Shown piece by piece: positions 57,201 to 64,000 of a stretch of 64,000 bases of DNA. Numbering within the stretch: the first letter of the stretch is position 1; each line of letters starts with the position of its first letter. The notes beneath the pieces are model-generated. The model searched no databases. It was not told the DNA's origin and saw nothing but the letters and a program-made list of their open reading frames with translations. The position numbers and the translations under genes were made by a program. The stretch is from Alphaproteobacteria bacterium (GTDB lineage Bacteria; Pseudomonadota; Alphaproteobacteria; UBA828): positions 704,001 through 768,000 of the forward strand of contig CBDCRW010000006.1 of assembly GCA_965221125.1 (NCBI GenBank). The letters are read 5' to 3'.

Positions 57201-58031
57201 GGCGGCGCCCAGGCGCGCGGCCGCGATGACGCCGGCAGCCGGCCCGGACATGACCGTCTGCACCGCCTTCTCGCCCGCGATGCCGGCGGTCATCATGCCG
57301 CCGTTGCCCTGCATCACCAGCAGCTCGGACTCGACCGCGCCGGCCTTGAGCCGGGCCGCGATGCGGTCGAGATAGCGGGTCATGATGGGCTGGATGTAGC
57401 CGTTGAGCGCCGCCGTGCTGCCACGCTCGAACTCGCGCACCTCGCGCAGGATGTCGGAGCCGAGCGTGATCGGCACGTCGGGCCAGACCTCGCGCGCGAT
57501 CTCGCCGGCGCGGCGCTCGTGGTCGGGATTGAGGTAGGCGTGGATGAAGTGGATGACGAGCGCCTCGGCGCCCGCCGTCCGCGCCGCTTCGACTGCCTCC
57601 CTCACCTCGTCTTCGTCGAGTGCTGTCACCACCGCGCCCGAAGCATCGATCCGCCCCGTCACCTCGAAGCGGCGCTCGCGCGGCACGATGGGCTCGAAGC
57701 TGCCGAACATGCCCCACGGGTTGGGCCGGGTGCGCCGGCCAAGCTCCAGCGTGTCGCGAAAACCCCGGGTGGTGACGAGGGCGCAGCGCACGCCCTTGCG
57801 CTCCAGCACCGCGTTGGTGCCGACCGTGGTGCCGTGGACGACCGTCTCGAAGCCGTCCGCCGCCTCGCCGAGCGCGGCCAGGCCCGCCATGAAGCCGTCC
57901 GACTGGTCGGCGGGCGTCGACGGCACCTTGGCGATGCGCATGCCGCCGGAGGCCTGATCCACCAGCAGCAGGTCGGTGAACGTACCGCCGACGTCGACAC
58001 CGAGGCGGCTTCGGGCCGGCGCCTCGCTCAT
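54264..58031 (-). CDS. Fused hydantoinase A+B / ATP-dependent 5-oxoprolinase-like protein
   Basis: 1255 aa; A part (DVGGTFTD, DMGGTS) fused to B part (DPVTLAV, NDPYFGGTH, QQEG, PGGGG). Confidence 0.92.
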   Translation of the reverse strand: MSEAPARSRLGVDVGGTFTDLLLVDQASGGMRIAKVPSTPADQSDGFMAGLAALGEAADGFETVVHGTTVGTNAVLERKGVRCALVTTRGFRDTLELGRRTRPNPWGMFGSFEPIVPRERRFEVTGRIDASGAVVTALDEDEVREAVEAARTAGAEALVIHFIHAYLNPDHERRAGEIAREVWPDVPITLGSDILREVREFERGSTAALNGYIQPIMTRYLDRIAARLKAGAVESELLVMQGNGGMMTAGIAGEKAVQTVMSGPAAGVIAAARLGAAAGFPNLISCDMGGTSFDIAIVRGGVPATTTEKDIAYGMPLRVPMVDIQTIGAGGGSIARVDEGGILRVGPESAGAAPGPICYGRGGREPTVTDANLLLGRIDAGAIGGLESPPDIDAVRRIVREKIGEPLGLDETEAAAAILKVVDHQMAGAARLVSVDKGHDPRDFALFAFGGAGPMHATAIARELGVPHVLVPRYPGITSALGCVLADVRHDFVRTLHQPLEDVDAAEADRILADQAVEGRALLAEEGGTVTAVEVEHEADLFYRGQSHVFRVPVGEGGFDGAAVRDAFAALYRERFDIVLPEMQPILVNLRTTVCGIRPTLDLTLASEDGGATLASALIETRPVHFDGAWVETPIYRRDALPGDAAIQGPAIVQQLDTTILVEPGSEARADALGNLVLTVPQAAAEASDGTADALDPVTLAVIESGLQQVASEMDLVHQRTSFSPVISEAYDRSNGIYDPETGQIIAQGELGLPIFLGVMQSTTQAVIEARDDLEPGDIVLVNDPYFGGTHLMDVKMVRPFFYKGRLWACLSNTGHWPDTGGMVPGGFPSQATEIQQEGLRLPPVKLHRRGELDDDILQIVLANIRVPEERIGDIRAQIGALSVGERRLTQLLDKHGEATVNAAIEALKERSERRMRAHIASVPDGAYVFSSYMDSDGVDDAPLEVRARVVVDGSDLAVDFGGSSPPCRGPVNSVWATTLASVYCAIKHTFPDVPINAGCFRPIAVEPPHDTFLYAEYPRPVSGCAAETAQRIMEAVFGALGQAMPERMFAAPAGTSGNFSLGGDDPAEGRRYVMYIFSGGGYGGWWADDGLTNGCSSVGISKTQPAEILEQHYPILFEEYALREGSGGAGRHRGGFGVSYRVRLLRGEAKASFMMDHGRTGPHGLAGGLPGACNRIEVRRGNQVEEPPHLSKGEGYRLAPGDTVQVRTPGGGGLGDPRARARARVAADLSRGYLTEAEAARDYGYDPGADEAAE

Positions 58032-58996
58032 GCGCCGCCGCCTGCGTCGCTGTCCGCGCCGTCGCCGGGCGCGGGCAGTCCCAGGCCCTCCAGCGCATCC
58101 CGCATCAGCTCCAGCGCCATCCGCAGCAGGCGGTAGGAGGCCTCGGCGGTCATGAAGGCGGCGTGGGGCGTGATCGTCACGTTCTCCAGCGCCGCCAGGG
58201 GATGAGAGCCGTCGATGGGCTCGTCGGCGAAGACGTCGAGGCCGGCGGCGCGGATCTTGCCGGCCCGCAGGACCTCGATTAGCGCCGCCTCGTCGATGAC
58301 CGCGCCGCGCGCGGTGTTGATAAGCATGGCGCCGGGGCGCAGCAGGGCGAGGCGGCGCGCGTCGATCATGCCCCTGGTCTCGTCGTTGAGGCCAAGGTGG
58401 AGCGAGACCACGTGGGCTTCGCTCAGCAGCGCATCGAGGCTTTCAGCCGCCGTGCAGGCGAGGTCGGACGGCACGCCGCTCCGGTTCCAGGCAATGACGT
58501 TCATGCCGATCCCGGCGCCGAGGCGCACCATCTCGCGCCCGACGCCGCCGGTGCCGACCACACCGAGCGTCTTGCCCGCGAACTCGACGCCATCCAGCGT
58601 CTGCCAGGAGCCGTTGCGGAGCGCACGGTCCATCCGCGCGGTCTGGCGGCCGCAGTCGAACATCAGCGCCAGCGCGTGCTCGGCGACCGTGACGTCGCCA
58701 TAGCCCTTGATGGTGCGCACCTCGATGCCGAGTTTTTGCGCCGCCGCCACGTCGATGTAGCTCGACGCGCCCGTGCCCATGAAGACGATGACCTTGAGCG
58801 CGCGGCAGGCGGCGAGCACCTCCTCCGTCATGTAGGTGTGGTCGTTGATGACGCCGACGGCATCGCCGACGTAGGCCGCAATGTCGTTGCCCGGCACGTC
58901 GTCGATGGTCATGGCGAGGTCGGGGACGATGGCCCGGAGCTCGTCGTCGTAGAGATCGGCCAGGAAGGAAGGACAGTCGAAGAAGATTGCGCGCAC
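58028..58996 (-). CDS. D-2-hydroxyacid dehydrogenase family protein
   Basis: VAEHALAL, GVVGTGGVG, LINTARG, LDVF..EP, TPHAA. Confidence 0.92.
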   Translation of the reverse strand: MRAIFFDCPSFLADLYDDELRAIVPDLAMTIDDVPGNDIAAYVGDAVGVINDHTYMTEEVLAACRALKVIVFMGTGASSYIDVAAAQKLGIEVRTIKGYGDVTVAEHALALMFDCGRQTARMDRALRNGSWQTLDGVEFAGKTLGVVGTGGVGREMVRLGAGIGMNVIAWNRSGVPSDLACTAAESLDALLSEAHVVSLHLGLNDETRGMIDARRLALLRPGAMLINTARGAVIDEAALIEVLRAGKIRAAGLDVFADEPIDGSHPLAALENVTITPHAAFMTAEASYRLLRMALELMRDALEGLGLPAPGDGADSDAGGGA

Positions 58997-59064
58997 CGCT
59001 CGCCTCCAGGATCGCTATGGGCGGCCGATTGTAGCAGGCGCCGCCGCCGGCGCCTTGGCGGGGC

Positions 59065-60054
59065 TCACGACGGCGCGGCCTTGACCGTACGCCGCCGGGC
59101 GCCGGTGTTGACCAGCCAGAGGCCCACCACCATGCACGCGAGCGCCGCCCACACCCAGAGCCCGAGGGTCTCGTCGAAGATGATCAGCGCCCAGAAGATG
59201 CCGGCGGCCACCACCAGGTAGTTGAACTGCGCGAAGAAGACCGCACCGGCGCGCTGCGTCACCTCCTGGAAGCAGTAGAAGGTGACGCAGTGGATCGCCG
59301 CGGCCCAGGCCATGCCGGCGATGCCGTGCCAGCCTGCGTGCGTGAAGAGGAAGGGGCCGTCCGCCACCAGCATCACCGGCAGCATCACCGCTGCGGCGGC
59401 GAGCAGGATGCCGCAGGCGAGCGCGAGCGAGCGCGTCTGCGGCGGCCGGTAGGCGGCAGCGACGACGTTGGAGCCCGCAGCCGCGACCGCCGCGATCAGC
59501 GCCACCAGCATCCACACCCAGGCGCCGGCCTCGGGCAGGCCCTGGTCGGGCAGCACGATCAGCAGCACCCCGCCCGCGCCGAGCGCGAGACCTGCGAGGC
59601 TCAGCGCCTCGAAGCGCTCCAGCCGCATGGCGAAGGACATCAGGTACGTGAGCCCCGGCACCAGGGTGAGCACCAGGGTGATGACGCCGGCGGGCAGCTC
59701 GCGCGCGGCGAAGGCGGTCGCCAGCACCGGCAGCATCACCGCGAGCAGGGCGAGGCGGAGGTACTGCAGCAGGTGCGCGCGGCTCACCGGCGGCAGATTG
59801 CCGCTCAAGGCGCCCACGATCAGGAGCGCAAGGCCGGCGAAGAGCGCGATCCAGAAGGTGTAGGCGAAGACGGGGAACGAGACCCCGGCCGCGAGCTTGT
59901 TGGCCGAGAAGATGCCGCCGTAGGAGATGCCGCCCAGCAGCAGGAGCAGCGTCGGCACGATGAGCGCGCGCCCGCGCAGGCGCCCGGCGTCCCCCGTGCC
60001 GTCATCCGGCCCGCCGCCTTGTGGAGCGTTCTTATCTGGCGGCGCTGCCGACAT
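59065..60054 (-). CDS. DMT/EamA family transporter
   Basis: About 10 hydrophobic segments; GAVFFAQFNYL..IFDE. Confidence 0.85.
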   Translation of the reverse strand: MSAAPPDKNAPQGGGPDDGTGDAGRLRGRALIVPTLLLLLGGISYGGIFSANKLAAGVSFPVFAYTFWIALFAGLALLIVGALSGNLPPVSRAHLLQYLRLALLAVMLPVLATAFAARELPAGVITLVLTLVPGLTYLMSFAMRLERFEALSLAGLALGAGGVLLIVLPDQGLPEAGAWVWMLVALIAAVAAAGSNVVAAAYRPPQTRSLALACGILLAAAAVMLPVMLVADGPFLFTHAGWHGIAGMAWAAAIHCVTFYCFQEVTQRAGAVFFAQFNYLVVAAGIFWALIIFDETLGLWVWAALACMVVGLWLVNTGARRRTVKAAPS

Positions 60055-60131
60055 CGCCGCCACGGTAGCGGCGGGAGGCGTGCGAGGTCCAGGGCGGCTG
60101 CGGGCCAGCGCCCAGACAGACTATCGACGCG

Positions 60132-61277
60132 CTAGAAACACGCCTCCAGCAGCGCTCGCGTGTTCTCCGCCGTCATGGGGACCGGGTTGCCGCCGGCGGT
60201 GGGGTCGTCGAGGGCCATGGCGGTGAGGTCGTCGAGGCGGTCGGCGGTCACACCCATGGCGCTTAGCGTCTTGGGGGTGCGCAAGGTCTCGCGCAGCTCC
60301 AGCACGCGCTCGTGGAAGGCCGCGTAGCCGCCCGCGATCCCGAGATAGGCGGCGGCGTGGGTGAGGCGCTCCTCCACCGCAGGGCGGTTCATGTCGAGCA
60401 CGTAGGGCATGACGCAGGCGTTGGTGGTGCCGTGGTGGGTGTCGAACACCGCGCCCACCGGGTGGCTCAGCGCGTGGATCGCGCCGAGGCCCTTCTGGAA
60501 CGCCGTGGCGCCCATGGAGGCTGCGGCCATCATGTGGCCGCGCGCCTCGATATCGCCGCCGTCGGCGTAGGCGCGGCAGAGGTTCTCGTGCACGAGGCGC
60601 ATCCCCTCCAGCGCGATGCCCTGGCCCATGGGGTGGTAGAAGGGCGAGCAGTAGGCCTCCAGGCAGTGGGCGAAGGCGTCCATCCCCGTGCCGGCCGTGA
60701 TCGGCTTCGGCATGCCGACGGTGAGCTCCGGGTCGGCGATCACCACCACGGGCAGCACCCTGGGGTGGAAGATGATCTTCTTCACGTGCGTCGCGGAGTT
60801 GGTGATGACGCTGGCGCGGCCTACCTCCGACCCCGTGCCGGCGGTGGTGGGGACGGCGACCGTCGGCGCGATGGCGTCGGCATCGGCGCGGGTCCACCAG
60901 TCGCCCACGTCCTCAAAATCCCAGACCGGGCGGGTCTGGCCGGCCATGAAGGCGACCATCTTGCCGAGGTCGAGCGCGGACCCGCCGCCGAAGGCGACGA
61001 CGCCGTCATGCTCGCCCGCGCGAAAGGCGGCGACGCCGGCATCGAGGTTCTTCTCGGTGGGATTGGCGTCGACGCCGGAGAAGACCGCGCGGCCGAGCCC
61101 GCTCGCCTCCAGGATATCGAGCGCGGCCTGCGTCATCGGCAGCGAGGCCAGGCCCCGGTCGGTCACGAAGAGCGGTCTCTCGATGCCGGCCTCGGCGCAG
61201 GCGGCCGGCAGCTCGGTGACGCGGCCTGCGCCGAAGCGGATGGCGGTGGGATAGGACCAGTTGGCGGTGAGCGTCAT
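60132..61277 (-). CDS. Iron-containing alcohol dehydrogenase
   Basis: NWSYPT, GGGSALD, PTTAGTGSE, DAFAHCLE, HALSH, HHG. Confidence 0.93.
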   Translation of the reverse strand: MTLTANWSYPTAIRFGAGRVTELPAACAEAGIERPLFVTDRGLASLPMTQAALDILEASGLGRAVFSGVDANPTEKNLDAGVAAFRAGEHDGVVAFGGGSALDLGKMVAFMAGQTRPVWDFEDVGDWWTRADADAIAPTVAVPTTAGTGSEVGRASVITNSATHVKKIIFHPRVLPVVVIADPELTVGMPKPITAGTGMDAFAHCLEAYCSPFYHPMGQGIALEGMRLVHENLCRAYADGGDIEARGHMMAAASMGATAFQKGLGAIHALSHPVGAVFDTHHGTTNACVMPYVLDMNRPAVEERLTHAAAYLGIAGGYAAFHERVLELRETLRTPKTLSAMGVTADRLDDLTAMALDDPTAGGNPVPMTAENTRALLEACF

Positions 61278-61324
61278 GGCGCGGCCTTCCGGATGTGAAG
61301 GGTCTCGGGCCGGACGCGCGCGGA

Positions 61325-61855
61325 TCATCCGGCGCCCGGCGAAGACCCTCCATACAGTGCCCCGGCGATGACGGCGAGGGGAAGCACGAGCTTGAGCGGA
61401 TCGTCCACGAGCGGCACGGCGCCGAAGCGCTCATACCAGCGAACGGCGTTCCGGTCCTTCGCGTCGATGGCGAGCGCGACGCCGCCCACTTCATCCGCGA
61501 CGGCAAGAGCGCGCGCGCCGGTCGCCAGCAACAGATCGCCGCCGAGCCCCTTGCGCTGCACGGATCGATCGACCGCCAGACGACCCAACCGGAAAACCGG
61601 CACGTCGTAGCGGCCGAGGCTCCGCGTTACGGTCTCCGGCACATCGGCGAAGGCGATGGCGCCGGGGCTGATCGTGTAGAAGCCGAGAATGCGGGCCGGT
61701 TCGGTCTCGGACACGGCAACGAACGTCTTGGCCCCGCCGGAGGCATGGTTCTGCCGGGCGTAGCGGCGGAGATAACTGTTGAGGTTCTCAACCCCGCAAT
61801 CGAAGTTTTTGCGGTCGTGATGGCGGCCGATGGGCTCTTCCCGCCAGTCCGGCAA
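61325..61855 (-). CDS. GNAT acetyltransferase toxin (AtaT/TacT-like)
   Basis: HDRKNFDCG..LN.YL, LGRLAVD, QRKGLGGDLL, IDAKD, WYERFG. Confidence 0.9.
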   Translation of the reverse strand: MPDWREEPIGRHHDRKNFDCGVENLNSYLRRYARQNHASGGAKTFVAVSETEPARILGFYTISPGAIAFADVPETVTRSLGRYDVPVFRLGRLAVDRSVQRKGLGGDLLLATGARALAVADEVGGVALAIDAKDRNAVRWYERFGAVPLVDDPLKLVLPLAVIAGALYGGSSPGAG

Positions 61856-61860
61856 CGGGC

Positions 61861-62139
61861 CTAGCCGCGTGCAGCGCGCCGGCGTGCCGCTTCCATCAGG
61901 GCAGGCGTTGGCTCGGGCGGAGTCTCCAGCAGCGCCAGCACGCGCTCGCTGTCGCGCCGGGAGAGCACGATGCGCTCGGCCCGATCCATAACCTCCCGTG
62001 CGGCAGGCAGTGCGTTGCGCATGATGAAACTGGTCAGGTCCAACCTCTCGTGAGCAGCGGCGGCAGTCAGCAGCCGCTTCTCATCGCTGGTGGCCCGCAA
62101 CTCGATTCGCTCCTCGCGCGGCGCGGCGGTCGCCGGCAT
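61861..62139 (-). CDS. DUF1778 RHH antitoxin (AtaR/TacA-like)
   Basis: ERIELR..EKRLL..AA..LTSFI; IVLS..LLETPPEPTPAL; immediately upstream of the GNAT gene. Confidence 0.9.
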   Translation of the reverse strand: MPATAAPREERIELRATSDEKRLLTAAAAHERLDLTSFIMRNALPAAREVMDRAERIVLSRRDSERVLALLETPPEPTPALMEAARRRAARG

Positions 62140-62162
62140 GGCGCCCTCCCCGTTTCGACTAA

Positions 62163-62199
62163 TGTACGGATTACATACGGACAGATCCGCGTCCGTCAA
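62163..62199 (-). promoter_or_regulatory. TA promoter/operator
   Basis: Minus strand TTGACG -35 followed by the imperfect palindrome TGTCCG..CGTACA over the -10 region. Confidence 0.55.
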
Positions 62200-62966
62200 G
62201 GCCCGTCCGTGCTCGCCATTTGTGCACGCGCGTTCAGCCCAGGCTCACCGAGCGGCGCTTGCGGCCCCAGTCGCCCGGCGGGCCGCCGTCGCGGCCTGTC
62301 GCGCGTCCGTCAAAGTCGGACGCGCTGTAGCGGCGGTTCCCACAAATCAGGGACGACCGCCTCCGCTCGCTGGAGGCAGCCGTCCCCCCTCGCTGGGCCC
62401 GCGTACCGGTCGGGGCCCGGTCTTTCGTTTGTGTCTACCCCCGGAGAACGAAGTCTTCCGTTACGTGACGGGACGACGTGAACTCCTGTCGTGCGATGGT
62501 GCCCCTGGCTTACGAAGCGAGGCGGGTCACGGCATTATCCGCTTGCCCTACCCCTGGCCCCGACTTGCTGGCGGGGGACCCATCACGAGAAATCCTTTCT
62601 GCTCCACCTCCTTTGCCGGGCCGTGTTCTTCGACGGCGCTCAGCCATGCAGGGGAAGGTGCCTGACCGCTTTGATCCGGTCCAATACCGAATTCTCATGA
62701 CCCGCATAAGCGCCTCTTATGCAGAGATGGCATGGAAGCCGGGAGAGGAATACGTGGGGCATTGGCCGCCACTTTCATGGGCGGAGCGGGCGCCACAGCA
62801 GGTACTGACCCTCAACAGGAGTTATTCGACACAGCCGGGGCCGAAAGGCGCGGCCGTCGTCTACAATCACCGTGACGGAGGGCTCACCCTCGAGCCGCCG
62901 GCCGCGCCGCTCACTCCTGGCGCATGGAGCGGTACAAGAAGTCCGTCACCGGCTTGACCAGGACGC

Positions 62967-63677
62967 TCATGACTTACGGCATCCCGTAAGCAAGAGGAGC
63001 CGGATGACGGCGACCTGAAGGGGGTGCCGGCCTGCAAGGACCGACAGCCTTGAAGACAGGCGGCGGAGTTCGTCGTCGGTGAGAAAGCGCTTGCGCCCCT
63101 TGCGGCGATAGCGCCGGATGCCCCTGCAGGGGTTGGAATCCTTGGGCCGCAGGCCCATTCGTTCCGCTTCCCGCATGATGACGGACAGCACCGGCATGGA
63201 CCGGTCCGCCGCGACCGGCGTCGCGCCGAGCGAGGCGAACCAGATACGCACGTCCTCCGGTTCGATGTCGGCGATCCGGCGCCCCGCGAAATGCGGCAGG
63301 AGCTGTTTCCGCAGATAGCTCCGGTTCACGGCGAAGGTCCGGGCTTTCCAGATCCGCTCGTAACGGATGAACACGGTCTCGGCTATCGTCTCGAAGAGTG
63401 TTTCTTCGGGCGCGACAGGCAGGCCTTCGCCCCGCCGGATCGCGATAAGCATCTCGCCGGCGCGCAAGCGCGCCTCGCCGACGGTCATCGGTCCGGCGCT
63501 GCCGATGACCTTCCAGATGCGTTCCCCCGCATACTGGCAGTGGATGAAGAAACGCTTCTTGCCCGAGGGCAGAACCCGGACGCCGAAACCCCTGAGCTTG
63601 CCGTCGCGAACGTCGCGAGCGGTCTTGCGGGGCTTGAGCATTCTGACACGGGCTTCGGTAAGGGATTTCTTCCGCAT
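62967..63677 (-). pseudogene. Truncated tyrosine integrase (arm-binding + core-binding domains, catalytic domain cut)
   Basis: RDGKLRGFGVRV..GKKRF; NPCRGI; ends at LLLLTGCRKS* right after the first catalytic Arg; no HxxR or Tyr. Confidence 0.85.
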
Positions 63678-64000
63678 GGTTCTTTCTCCAGGTTTCGGGA
63701 ACAGCCGGGTCGGCGGGCATTGCGTCGGCCACCGCCCGCCGGAGGAGTTCTGGAGAAAGACGAGCGCCAAACCAGTCGGCAGAGGACCGGGTATTTCCCC
63801 GGGAGGGCTGTCTTTCGGTGTCGCCGGCCAACCGCCCGGACGCCTCGCATGAAACGCCGATCGGGCGGACGCGCCCGGGCCGATGTGATTGCAGCCAGCG
63901 CGGACTCCTCCCAGGATGGCGCGCATGAAGGCGCTTGAGAGTATTCTGGTGGAGTGCCCCGGGTGCGACCGGCAGGCGACCATCGACGCGGCTATGCTGG

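Noticed and set aside
62478-62957. 159-aa plus-strand ORF between the TA pair and the integrase
   Set aside because: No recognisable motif or RBS; lies in degraded DNA.

Overview
GC-rich chromosomal window, most likely from an alphaproteobacterium (phaR, xdhABC-puuD purine cluster, Roseobacter/Rhodospirillales-type split corrinoid genes). It is mostly catabolic and transport genes for nitrogenous organics: a branched-chain-type ABC importer with ASPIC/UnbV and desaturase genes, four hydantoinase/oxoprolinase genes, a non-pyrrolysine MttB with a corrinoid module and GlxA regulator, and a purine-degradation operon. It also holds tRNA-Gly(CCC) and tRNA-Val(CAC). There are two accessory regions. 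(1) A compact 3.4-kb large-serine-recombinase element (18127-21501: DUF5372, HTH, small ORF, recombinase). (2) A decayed right-end region with a GNAT/DUF1778 toxin-antitoxin pair and a truncated tyrosine integrase. Main finding: the element ends are imperfect inverted half-sites around a duplicated GC dinucleotide. Joining them as an excised circle puts the right-end Shine-Dalgarno and ATG exactly in frame with the left-end DUF5372 ORF, which has no upstream ATG when integrated. This suggests a gene that is assembled only on excision. The same element has an A8 slippery run that could fuse the HTH and small ORF, and three copies of an 18-bp motif in its spacer. All family assignments come from motif recognition by eye; no searches were run.
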